Notes under the pieces: generated by a model
The model's input: only the letters and a program-made list of their open reading frames with translations
Databases searched by the model: none
What the model was told of the DNA's origin: nothing
Assembly: GCA_043228905.1 (NCBI GenBank)
Contig: JBHGNT010000012.1
Span: 496,001-560,000 of the forward strand
DNA: 64,000 nucleotides
Direction: 5' to 3'
From: Azolla caroliniana
Taxonomy: Eukaryota; Plantae; Polypodiophyta
Shown: positions 52,022 to 64,000 of the stretch, piece after piece
Layout: each line of letters starts with the position of its first letter
How positions within the stretch are numbered: the stretch's first letter is position 1
Made by a program: the position numbers and the translations under genes

Positions 52022-55000
52022 ATGGACGAATCGTTGGGCAGCATGTTCAAGCTCACCGGCTCCAACTATTCAGTGTGGAAGTCGAAGATGAGGGACATGC
52101 TCGTGGTTAAAGACCTCTGGTTGCCGGTTCAGTTCGGGGAGAAGAGACCAGACAAAATCGACGCCGCGATATGGGAGGTGATGCACATGAAGACAACGGC
52201 GTACATACGGTGCTTCATCGACATGAGCCTGTACAACAACTTCAATGAAGAGAGCAAGGCTCATGAGCTCTGGGAGAAGATCGGCATAATGTTTCAAAAC
52301 AAAAATGCTATTAATCAGGTTTCGGTATTCCGGAAGCTAGTAAGACTCCGGTACCAAGATGGCTCCAGCATGGCGGAGCACATGAATGCCTTCCAGGGGC
52401 TAATACACCAGGCAACATCATTGGAAGTACCTCTCGCCGACGAGGTACTAGCGCTACTCCTGCTCGGTTCCCTCCCGGATAGCTGGGAGACGTTGGTTGT
52501 CACTTTGGGCAACGCCGGGCTGGAAGGAAAGCGGTTATCCCTAGCAAGAGTAAAATCGAGCTTGCTAGATGAGGAGGCGCGTCGGAAAGATAAAGATACG
52601 AGCTTCGACTCCAATGCGCTCCTTACCGAATCGGAACACGGAAGACATAGAAATCGTAGTCCCCAGAACCGGGAGAAGTCGGGGACACGGTCAAAGTCAA
52701 GGGGGAGGCCTACTTGCTTCTATTGCGGCAAGCCGGGACACTTCCAAAAGAACTGTCAACATTTCCGAAAAGACAAGGAAACCGACGGTACCGATTCAAA
52801 GCGAACCCCGGACCGGAACGGTAAAGACCGGAGGGGGCCGGACCGGAAGGGAACGACGGCAATCGCGGCAAGTGAAGAAGAGTTGATGCTCATCACCGAG
52901 GAGAGTGAGATAAACCTTGCCGGCGACGAGATGACCTGGGTGGTAGACTCTGGAGCGTCGTTCCACCTTACCCCGGACCGGAAATGCTTCTCATCCTACT
53001 CAGCCGGTGATCACGGCTGTGTCCGGATGGGGAATGAAGGTACATGCCGAATTGTCAGCATATGAGACGTGTGGTTGACAACACCAACCGAATGCAAGTT
53101 GCTGCTGAAGGATGTTCGACACGTTCCGGAGGTTCGTCTGAACCTGATATCAGCCGGTCGGTTAGATGATGAAGGCTACATGGGTAGCATCCGGAACGGT
53201 GTCATGAAGTTCAGCAAAGGGAGCCTGATTGTGGCTCGGGCCCGGAAGGTCAACACACTGTACCTGATGAATGCCCGGTTATGTCCGGAAGAAGTGAACG
53301 TGGCATCCAACACTGCCGGTGAGCTGTGGCACAAGAGGCTGTGTCATATGAGCGAGAAGGGGATGAAGAGGCTTGCAGACGACAACCTCATTCCAATGAA
53401 GAACGTGCACTTGGAGAAGTGCACTGATTGTCTGGCCGGTAAGCAAAACCGGACCTCCTTCCGACCAAGGCCACCGATGAGACGTAATGCACCACTGGAG
53501 TTGGTGCATACGGATGTGTGTCAAGTAGACACGAAGTCACATGCCGGAGCGCAGTACTTCGTGACGTTCATAGATGACCACAACTGGAAGCTGTGGGCCA
53601 CACCGTTGAAGACGAAGGATCAGGTGCTATCCGTCTTCAGAGAGCTCCACGCGAGAGTGGAAAGAGAAACCGGCTGGAAGCTGAAGGCGGTTCGAGCAGA
53701 TAACGGAGGAGAATACCGAGGGCAGTTCGATGAGTACTGCTGCTCGAAGGGAATCCGGCTCGAATTTACCGTGCCGAAGACGCCGGAACTAAACGGACTG
53801 GCCGAGAGGATGAACCGGACCATAATGGAGAGGGTCCGGAGTATGCTAGCGCATGCAAAACTACCCAAGAAGTTTTGGGCTGAGGCATTGTCGACGGTGA
53901 CATATGTGATAAATAGATCACCCTCAATACCCTTGGATGAAGACACGCCACAGAGAGTATGGACCGGTAAGGAAGTATCCTACCGGCATCTGAAGGTGTT
54001 CGAGTGTCTCGCATACGTGCATGTAGCTAAGGAACGGAGAGGAAAGTTAGATCCAAAGACCCGGCCATGCATATTCCTCGGTTACGGTGACGATGAGTTC
54101 GGCTACCGAGTGTGGGACCTGGTCGACAAGAAGGTATTCCAGAGTTGAGATATTATCTTCATGGAGGACAAGACGCTCGCCGACTGGGAGTCGGAGAAGA
54201 AGATAATGAACTCCGAGTCGACCGGTAAGGATCGACTCTACGATGAGTAGATCCAACCGGCAAGAGACCGGTTAGCACTCGAGGGACCAGCCGGTTACGG
54301 TGAGGATACCGAATAGGCTGAAGAAGAAGTAGAGGAAGCCGAATCCGGAACCGGCCAAGACCCCGAATCGGATTCGGATGAAGAGCAAATGGAGGAGCCG
54401 GTTACTGAAGCCTGAAGACGGAGATATCCTCTTAGAGAGAGAAGGGCGCCCCAAAGATTTCCGGATGCAGAGCATGTTTTGCTGACCGATGAGGGGGAGC
54501 CGGAAAGCTTCGAAGAAGCGAAGGATGACACCCACGACCGTAAATGGTTAAGTGCCATGCAGGATGAGATGGATTCCCTACATGAGAACCATACGTACGA
54601 ATTGGTGGAGTTGCCGAAAGGAAAGCGGGCACTCCGAAACAAGTGGGTGTACAAGTTTCAACTGGGAGATGCCGAAAACCCCCCGAGATACAAAGCCAGG
54701 ATCGTGGTGAAGGGGTTCCAGCAGAAAAAGGGCGTGGACTTTGACGAGATATTTGCCCCGGTAGTAAAGATGACCTCCATTCGGACGGTGCTGAGTATAA
54801 CGGCAAGCATGGACCTCGAGGTAGAATAGCTGGACGTGAAGACGACATTCCTTCACGGTGTCATGAAGATTTTCGGCAATAGTGTGAAAATCCCATAAAC
54901 GTACGAAATCGAGTATGAATCACATAATACAATAATTGTGAAGATAACATTTTAAATAAATTTAATATCTAAGTACAAAATGATGGAGGTTTCGAATGCA

Positions 55001-57118
55001 CTTTATTACACGAGAAACAGACAACTAAATGTCAAGATATGAGGGTATAAAGTTTGTGAAAGGAAAAGAGAAAATTGTGAGATATCCCACATAGGCACGA
55101 CAAATACGGCTCTCATCATATATAAGGTAGAGCAAAAGATATTATCTTTGTGTCTATGTGTGGAGCATAGAGAGTTCAAGGTAACTTGAACTAAGAGTGG
55201 AGGTGGGCTAGCTACTCATAAAGGGTTTTGGCCAACCAAAACCGGATCGGCGATGGAGCCGGTGATCCAGCGGCAACCGGCGAGGCACCGGTAACCGACG
55301 ACATCCGACGAACCGGCGTCTGGCGACTAGATAAATAAATATATATACATATACACATATACAAGGAGGGCAAGTAAGGATTCAAACCTTGCACCTCCAA
55401 GTTTAGGAGTCAATTGGCTTACCATTAAGCCATGCCATTTAGTTGAATTTATATTTCTATCATTGTACACTTACATGTAAATTCTCATACATGTGAGCTA
55501 AAATGAGTGACATGGTTATCATGCACCACATGTAATACATAAAGCGCCAAATGGCAAACATGCAATTTATGCATGTCTTGTACCCTCACATGTATCATAT
55601 GCATGTGAGCATCTATAAAAGAAGGAAGGGGGAGGAGAAAAAAGACGTTTTTTTTTGGGTTATGAAATTAAGAAGAAGAAATTCGTTATCAAATTGATCG
55701 TGTAACTTGTTTCTTAAATCTAAAGTTAAAAGTTCAATCAATCTCTCTCAATCGTGTAATCTCAACTTCTCTCTTTCCCAATCTATCTTAAGTACTTTCT
55801 CGCTAAAGCTTTCGCCAAAGGTTGTACCGACTTTGAATCCTTCCGGTCCAGAACCCCGATGGTTCTGCCTCACGATCCGTGCGTAGTGACGGATCTTCAC
55901 GACAACGGCGACCTCGAAGAGGAGATCTACATGCAGCAACCGGAGGGATTTGTGGAGAAAGGGAAGGAGAACCTGGTATGCCGGTTGAAGAAGAGCCTGT
56001 ACGGACTGAAGCAGGCTCCCCGACAATGGTACCGGAAGTTCAACTCCTTCATGGCCGATCAAGGGTACCACTAGACGCAGGCCGATCACTGCGTGTTTGT
56101 GAAGAAGTTTGAAGGAGGCGACTTCCTGATACTCCTTCTATACGTGGATGACATGTTGATCGTCGGACGGGACCAAGTCAAAATACAGATGCTAAAGAAG
56201 GCCCTCAACCGGACCTTCTCCATGAAAGACTTGGGTTCGGCAAGACAGATGCTGGGGATGCATATTATCCGAAACCGGTCAGTGAAGCAATTATGGCTAT
56301 CACAGGAGAAGTACGTGACAAAGGTGCTTCACCGGTTCAACATGTCAGATGCGAAACCGGTCGGATCGACACTTCCGACAAACTACAGGTTATCCGGTAA
56401 TCAAATCCCGAAGACGAAAGCAGAGAAGGCGGATATGATGAAGATTCCATATGCCTCTGCCGTCGGGAGCTTAATGTACGCAATGGTGTGTACCCGACCG
56501 GATATAGGATACGCAGTTGGAGTGGTGAGCTGGTTCATAAGCAATCCCGGCAAGGAGCACTGGAATGCGGTCAAATGGATACTCTGGTATTTGAAGGGCA
56601 CTTCAAATATGTGTCTCCGATTTGGCTTCGGAAAACCTCAACTTGACGGTTTCATCGATTCGGACATGTCGGCTGATGTGGATACCGGCCGGTCTACATC
56701 CGGGTATGTAATGACATATGCAGGGGGAGCTGTTTCATGGTAGTCGAGGCTGCAGAAGACGGTTGCATTGTCAACCACGGAGGCGGAGTACATGGCAGCT
56801 ATGGAAGCTGGGAAGGAAATATTATGGATGAAGGACTTCATCGGAGAGTTCGGTATCCGGCAAGATGAATACTGACTCTATTGCGATAGTCAAAGTGCCA
56901 TCCATCTTGCTAAGAATGCGGCCTACCATTCCCGAACGAAGCATATCCAACGAAGATATCACTGGATCCAGGAAAGAGTAGATGACCGGGAGTTCGCACT
57001 GATGAAGATCCACACGGCCGAGAACGGGTCAGATATGCTGACCAAAGTGTTGATACCTGACAAGTTGGATGCATGCCAGAAGAGGATCGGACTAGTAAGA
57101 CACCCCATGCCGGAGTGA
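52022..57118 (+). pseudogene. Copia gag-pol polyprotein with premature stops, interrupted by a solo LTR
   Basis: gag, CFYCGKPGHFQKNC, protease WVVDSGASFH, integrase LVHTDVC..FVTFIDD, RT (KKSLYGLKQAPRQW, LLYVDDMLI), RNase H (STTEAEY, RTKHI); stops at 53063, 54146, 54827, 56072, 56741 and others. Confidence 0.95.
54859..55904 (+). mobile_element. Solo LTR nested in the copia RT
   Basis: TGTCATGAAGAT...ATCTTCACGACA termini (11/12 inverted match); 4-bp TSD ACGG at 54855-54858 and 55905-55908; removing it restores FLHGDLEE; TATA CTATAAAA at ~55613. Confidence 0.93.
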
Positions 57119-57190
57119 AGGGGGAGTTTGTTGGGAGACAGGTCCCTCCGGATGGGAAGGGAGAAGAATAGTGCAGACCCGGTGAGAAGC

Positions 57191-57515
57191 GGATGAGGAG
57201 TGCTCGGCTACGGAGAGCCGGATGGTGCAAACCCGGTGAGAACCGGATGAGGAGTACCCGGCTATGGAGAGCCGGATGGTGCAAACCCGGTGAGAACCGG
57301 ATGAGGAGTACCTGGCTACGGAGAGCCGGATGGTGCAGACTCGGTGAGAACCGGATGAGGAGTACCCAGCTACGGAGAGCCGGATGGTGCAGACCTGGTG
57401 AGAAGCGGATGAGGAGTACCTGGCTACGGAGAGCCGGATGGTGCAGACCCAGTGAGAAGTGGATGAGGAGTACCCGGCTACGGAGAGCCGGATGGTGCAG
57501 ACCCAGTGAGAAGTG
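57191..57515 (+). repeat. 54-bp tandem array in the 3' LTR (6 units; 2 units in the 5' LTR)
   Basis: GGATGAGGAGTACCCGGCTACGGAGAGCCGGATGGTGCAGACCCGGTGAGAACC at 57191, 57245, 57299, 57353, 57407 and 57461. Confidence 0.95.
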
Positions 57516-57684
57516 CTCACTGGATGAAGAGACATATTCGTAAATATGTTTCTGAGAGTCCATCATGGCTGTATTTGTAAATAGCCGAAAAGTCATATTA
57601 GTATAAATATGACTTAGGGCAAACTTTTAGTTGTGGTTGTCATTCTTGTTGGTGCAAGGAGAGAGTGAGCGCGTAACTGTGTAC

Positions 57685-57726
<42 letters not shown>

Positions 57727-58510
57727 GTCGTTGCCGCTGTTGTAACCGCCGCCTGTGGCGAGGATCGTGAGCACGAGGTCGTTGCCTCCGTGAACTCACT
57801 GTTGTACATTCTAACATAGTGATAGTTTGCAGCCTGTGGGCTGCTGTGGTTTTTCCCTTAGTTTGGGTTTTCCACGTAAACATCCTGCGTACTCGTCTCT
57901 TCTTCGTGTCGTTCATTATTTCCCGTTTTCTGTGTATGATTCTAAGCTCGGTTGTGGCCGAGCGTTGCGTATAGGGAGCATGTAGTTCCCGTCAATTGCT
58001 CACTACTACCTTGAATCAATTGGCCAAAATGAGGCAAGCCAATATGGCTTTGGAAAAGAAATTCCAAGAATTGACTATTTAGTTCACATTTTATTCAATG
58101 TTGTAAACTTCCTTCTCGTTCACTTGTGTCTTCTAAATCGTTAAGTGAGTATTCTAGTTCATTAATTTATTCACATGTAATTGATCCTGCGCTTCAATTT
58201 TATTTTAATATTGACGCCACACAATTACCACATTATGAACAACAATTACTCGACTCTATTTTAGACGATTTCTAAGACGCGTTTCCTAACGAATTGCCGC
58301 TTACTTTACCACCAAAATGTAATGTGGACCATCAGATTGACCTTATCCCCGATGCCACTCATGTGAGCATTCCACCTTACCGACTTAGTCGATTAGAAGA
58401 GGATGAGATCGTTAAACATCTTAAGGAATACTTGAGTATGGGCCACATTAGGTATAGTAAATCACCGTGGGGTGCGCCAGTTCTATTAGTTAAGAAGAAG
58501 GAAGGTTCCT

Positions 58511-58831
58511 TGTTGATGGGTGGGGGGTGGAGCTGATCTTGGCTCCACCCCCCTCCCAAGGGGGTTCAAATGTGAGGGAGAGAAGGAGAGACACACACAA
58601 ATAATGAATGAGAGAGGGAATCGAGACCGACACAGTTGAGGGGTAACTTCAATATTATTTCTCTCTTTTTTTCATGCCCCACGGGTGGGGTTTAAATAGT
58701 ACAAGATTAGTACATTACAAATAGCCGAGTGGGGGTAGTTACACCAATCACTCACACGTTACCATTTCATATTGCACCTTACACACCTTTCACATTACAC
58801 CTAACCCTCCCATACACCTATATGGGTAACA
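58511..58831 (-). mobile_element. 321-bp solo LTR nested in the gypsy RT
   Basis: TGTT...AACA termini; TSD TTCCT/TTCTT (4/5); removing it restores KKKEGSWRMCINYR; its G/C hairpin end matches ~6195-6252 in the opposite orientation. Confidence 0.88.
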
Positions 58832-61074
58832 TTCTTGGAGAATGTGTATCAATTATCGTCATTTGAATAAAATGACAATTAAAAATGCATATCCGTTACC
58901 TCGTGCTGATGATTTGATTGATCGTTTGCATGGGGCACACTATTTTACAAAAACTGACTTACAAATATGTTATCATGAGATTCACATTGCCAAGGATGAT
59001 ATTCCTAGAACCACTTTCCGTACGCGCTATGACTATTATGAGTTTTTAGTCATGCCTTTGGGGTTGACTAATGCTCTAGCCACATTCCAACAAGCGATGA
59101 ATGACGTTTTCCGAGATCAACTTGGTGATTTTGTTGTCGTCTTCTTGGATGATATTCTGATATATAGATGTACCTTGCAGGTTCATGTTCAACATGTTCG
59201 ATTTGTTTTGCAAAAGTTGCATGACAACTCTTTCTATGCAAAACATTCAAAATGTGATTTTTTCCAAAAATCTATTGTGTGCCTAGGTCATTTAATTATG
59301 GAAAACAGTGTTGAAATTAAACCTTCTTGTATTGAAAAGGTTAAAATTTGGCCCATTCCTCGTAATATTCATGAACTTAGATCATTCTTAGGATTTGTTG
59401 GATTTTACGAAAATCAATTCGTAATTATTCTAAATTGTCTACGCCATTAACTAACCTTTTAAAAGGTCATCCACATAAGTCTGTCAAAACGATTTCATGG
59501 AATGAACAACTTGACAAATCATTTGAGACACTCAAAGAGCATGTGTGTCAGGCTCCCACTTTTCTATTATCGGATTCATCTAAGCCTTTCTCAATCGAAA
59601 CCGATGCTAGTGATTATGCTATTGGTGTCGTACTTTTTCAAGGTGGTCACCCTATTGCTTTTGAAAGTAAGAAGCTTGATGCTACTCAATCTCGGTATTC
59701 GGTTCAAGAGAAAGAGTTGTTTGCGTTAATACATGCACTTAAAACATGGAGGCACACTCTTTATGGAAATAAATTTATGGTTACAACAGACAATCAATCA
59801 TTGAAGTATTTTTGTGACCAGCTAGATCTTGTTGGTCGTAAAGGCTGTTGGGTTGAGCTTATGCAATATTTTGATTTTTCCATACGGTATTGCAAGGGTT
59901 CTATGAACACCGTTGCAGATGCTCTTAATTGCATTAAAGAAGTTAACATGCTTAACTTCACCTTCGAGGTAAGTATGATCTTTTAGATCACCTTTGAGGG
60001 AAATACCTTGATGACAATTATTTCTCAAAATACTGGATGAAAGCCGAATCTGGTTTAGATGCCGTTACTAGCACCCTACCCTCGAAGGCGACCTTTCACA
60101 TTACAAACGGTTTGCTCTACCATAGTGGAAAGGTATGTTTTCCAGATTTACCAAACGTAAAACATAATTTTTTTCATGAATGTCATGATGCACCATCTAC
60201 TAGTCATCTAGGAATACAACACACACTCGTTCTCATCTCGAGTACTTTTTTTTGGCCTAAGATGCGCTCTAACGTGCATAAATACGTAATTCAATGCTTA
60301 CAATGTCCGATTAATAAGTCAGAACGACTTAAAACTGCTAGTCTTTTACATCCCTTAGATATTCCCAACAACAAATGGGGAAGTATCTCGATGGATTTTA
60401 TTGTTAGTTTACCTCGTACATAGAGGGGTCATGATGCCATTTGGGTTTTCATTGATAGACTAACAAAATTGGCTAGATCTATTCTTACCAAAACCACGAT
60501 AACCTCTCAACAATTGGCTTATCAATTTGTTGATGAGTTATTTCGTTTTTATGGATTACCGATAGATATTGTTAGTGATCGAGATTCCAAGTTTACTAGT
60601 GAGTTTTGTTGAACATGAATTCCGTAGATCATCCTCACTTGATGGACAAACTGAATTGTTAATCAAATTATTGAGACATGCTTCGAGGTTATGTTGCAAA
60701 AACCCCTTCTAAGTGGGAGCAATATCTTCCCATCTTAGAATTTGCCTATAATAGCTCTAAACATACATCCACTAGATATAGTCCTTTTATGTTGATGTAT
60801 GGTTATTGACCACGTGTCCCAATCAATGTCACGATTCATCGTGATACATTAGAAAGTACACACATTTTTTTGCAAGACATGAACCAAATGTTGCATATTG
60901 CCAAAGAAAATGTCAAGACAGCTCAAGATCGTGCTCGATTTTATGCTGATCAGGATAGACGTCCTCGTGTATTTACTATTGGTCAAAATGTTTTTTTGCG
61001 TGTCCCGATTGACTCTACGTCATTGTCTACGGACAAGTGTGCTAAGTTAGCCCCACGATATTGTGGCCCATTTG

Positions 61075-61475
61075 AAATGATAGAAGTAATGATAGGTGCA
61101 TGCTCTATCATGATTTGGACAACCAATGAATGGATAGCCTTTTGGAAAGGCACACATATTCAAGGGGCCTAGGAAAAGGTATAAATATGAGGCTTAACTA
61201 CCCTCATAAGGATTACATTAGAGGGTTGTTGTCTTAGACACCGGTGGTGCGGGCTAGGCTTTCGTCTCAACGATCGTGTTTATCTCTTCCAAGGTATTAG
61301 TCATCCTAATATCCAACGGTATGGGACGTCGGTGGTAGGTTGGCTATGTCTATATCACAACTCGGGGTTGGTCGGGTGGAATGGGTTCTTCGATCCCATC
61401 TATTTTCCTTCTTGTACTTTATTTTTGTCTATTGATTAGTAATAAACTCTTAATACTTGGTGACGATAGTTCTGG
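61075..61475 (+). mobile_element. 5'-truncated LTR followed by a PBS-like site; same family as 37830-38179
   Basis: Sequence match to 37830-38179; followed by CT-TGGTGACGATAG. Confidence 0.75.
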
Positions 61476-61913
61476 TTCTGTTGGTTGTACTTGATTCACT
61501 GTCCTGGCAGGTGGTGACAACGATATCCGAGAAACACTGAGTTCTGGCTGACGCATTTCCGAAGGTTGTACTCCGACATTTGTAAGAGGGTCATGTGTGC
61601 TTTATGTCGTCCTTTGTATACCCCAACACCAACATGAAATTTTGTGCAGAAAATAACAACTTTGAGATGCTTGACGGTAATTCTTGAAACATAGGCTCCA
61701 TATTTACCTAAAACATAGGATCCATATGTATTTGTATATGTATGTATGTGTACATGATTGTTAACTTGTTGTATATGTATGCCGACTATGATTTTCCAAT
61801 ATCTTTTGTTGCATATAATCAATGATTAGCCCCAAGTTGCCCCAAATGTATTTTTAGAGAACACATTTTGTTAAGTACCCCAAATGAGGAGTAGTTATTG
61901 TGCAACTTGAGAT

Positions 61914-62185
61914 CATATGGGTCAATGTGGAAATGGTAAATGAGTTGGATAATATATTTAGGAAAGAGGGAAGCATGGTAATGGGTTTGACTAGTTAGTG
62001 TTACGAGCATAACGGAACAGTAATTGTGCGCTAATTCATAAGGAATTGACCATATGTGTCAATGTGGAAATTGTAGATGAGTTGGATGATATATTTAGGA
62101 AAGAGGGAAGCGGGGTGATGGGTTTGATTAGTTAGTGTTACGAGCATAACGGTAACTGTAATTGTGGGCTAATTCATAATGAATG
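61914..62185. repeat. 137-bp two-copy tandem repeat, probably a retroelement leader
   Basis: CATATG.GTCAATGTGGAAAT...GTTACGAGCATAACGG...GCTAATTCATAA at 61914 and 62051. Confidence 0.9.
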
Positions 62186-64000
62186 AAGGGTGATTATTGG
62201 GTTATCTGATTCTTACAGTGGGAGATAACTTTAGAGTGTTTCATCACTTGGCTACTTTTTATAAAAATTGCAACCAAGGGCATGATGGGGTTTTAGTCTA
62301 TATAAAAAGGTTATCTACCTTCATGAACAAGAATCTCTTCACTTTATTGTTTTGAGATAGAGACTCTGATAGTGTGACAAAGCTCCAGCTTCATACACAT
62401 GTGTCTCCTTCAAAACCAATGTATGATCCATGTTTGTACACAGTGGTATGGGACATGATGGGGGACTTGGATCCATCTCTCACCTTTGCTGGGGGTAGTT
62501 GGGTGGATTGGCGCTCATTTCTTTCTTATTTTTGTCTTTAATTTTGCTTAACGTAATTAAGATTCTAATAGTCAAGCAGACTAGAATAATCTTCTCTTAT
62601 GGTAGGTTAAGATGTAACTAGTCTTAAAATACATGGCATTGACTTTAAGAAAAGTACTACCTAACCTAGCTTGTAACTAGGGAGCTAGGTCATATTAAAT
62701 GACAAGTCAACTAAAAGGAAAGGAATATCCCACTACTATCAACTATTTTGTACATTTGATGCGACAATAAGACCAAATACAAAATACAAATATTCACCAT
62801 CTTTCTCTTACACTAAGCTACTGTGACTATTATCTATGTCAAGTAACTCTATAGTTGACTAAACTAGATCCCATGTAAGCTCTAAGGTGTGATTGCATGG
62901 AAGGGCCATCATAAGCTACTTTGATATATTTGACACATAATATATCTTTAATATGCTTATCTATTCGATTCCCAATATTAATCTAGTACGATTGGCCTCT
63001 ACAAAGTCGATCCGCACAAATTTGTTTAACACATTTCACCAAGTTTAATCCTTGCACAAATTTCTCTCACAACTACAATATGCACTCTCATACGCACCAT
63101 TCATTAGTAAAATCCCTGAACATCAAGAGTCACTGCTCACATTCACATGTATTATTTGAATATGTATATTTTGCCTCATAGGTCATATTTGACCTTCGAG
63201 GATGATAATAAAATCTCTCTCTCTCTCTCTACACACTAAAGTCATCCTAAATGTTGTAGGGATTTGTTTGTTTCATAGGTCATTTTGTGTAATAGTGGAG
63301 GTCATTTTTTGTTTCAAGTAAGGTAAAAATCCACATACAATATTTATTTAGTAGCCAAAATTGATATGTGCACCAATGTAATTGAGAGATAATAACAACG
63401 TAGACGAATCGATAGCTAAGCAATCTAGGTAGATTAGAAGATGACCACCAAACTTCTGGGTGTTGTGAGCGTGTCATGAGTACTCTCTATAGATCAAATA
63501 TTGAATCCAATTTTGCATCCCATACTCAACGCAAACAAGATAGTGGTGATCTCAAGGTCCCATTCTATTATGTGCATGCAAACATTCACATAAACACCCA
63601 ACCATGATGACCCATATGCAAGCAAAATGTACACACACACACATAAAAACATGTTCAGATATCCATTAGTATGTAGATAGAAATCAACATGTTCACACAA
63701 AGTTACAAAGCTTGAAAAGAACATTTTTGTGATGGAATCTAATAATGAGACAAAACTAGACATAAACATGAAAGGCAAAGGAACAACACGGCCATATTAA
63801 TGAAAACCCTTGACTTGTATAAATTGGAAAACATTTGACAATTATCCCAAGATGAAAAAGAGGGAGAAAGAAACATGAATACTGAAACATAAGGATACAT
63901 AACTTGATCCGATCTGTTGTAAAGGAATGTTAGGGACCTATGCTCACAACATTAACGAAATCGAGTGCGGTTAAGGATCGGATATTGACCACCCATGGGT

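Larger units (their letters stand above)
51351..57994 (+). mobile_element. Full-length Ty1/copia (Tnt1/Tork-like) retrotransposon, inactivated
   Basis: LTRs 51351-51992 and 57129-57994 (TGTTGGGAGA...CCCGTCA); TSD ATTGC at 51346-51350 and 57995-57999; PBS TGGTATCAGAGC at 51995-52006; PPT GAAGGGGGAG at 57117-57126. Confidence 0.97.
50985..61072 (+). mobile_element. Degenerate Ty3/gypsy element (related to the copy at 1-3805) hosting nested insertions
   Basis: Leader 51055-51130 matches the reverse complement of ~1790-1866; gag start MEQVLNTV at ~51248 is split by the copia insertion; RT (SPWGAPVLLVKKK, MCINYR, VFLDDILIY), RNase H (ETDASDYAIG), integrase (HECHD..HLG, WGSISMDFIVSLP, LAPRYCGPF). 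Confidence 0.9.

Noticed and set aside
56910-57596. Repetitive ORFs of 228, 147 and 116 aa
   Set aside because: Artefacts of the 54-bp (multiple of 3) LTR minisatellite; there are no spacers, so it is not CRISPR either

Overview
Eukaryotic land-plant nuclear DNA, probably a fern (inferred from the PLS-class PPR style, AG-rich microsatellites and dense LTR/LINE content; the species cannot be determined from sequence alone). Host genes: two tandem, intron-containing small-protein paralogues of unrecognised family (13277-13752, 18456-19374), the first with a promoter rich in ERSE/UPRE/G-box motifs; a complete 6-exon laccase (22276-25305); a P-class PPR pseudogene; a PLS-class PPR ORF with an expanded N-terminal repeat (28001-30721, minus); and a 4-exon NT-C2-domain gene (42597-45494) whose C-terminal domain has a papain-like Cys/His/Asp arrangement. 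The rest is mostly nested transposon debris: two related Ty3/gypsy copies, a small Ty1/copia derivative (7175-10017) with an RPS25 retrocopy inside its 3' LTR, a full-length but stop-riddled Ty1/copia (51351-57994) with unequal LTR minisatellites and a nested solo LTR, several LINE 3' fragments, and a hAT-type MITE. No CRISPR, rRNA or intact tRNA genes were found. Exon boundaries were called by eye from GT/AG sites and reading-frame continuity.
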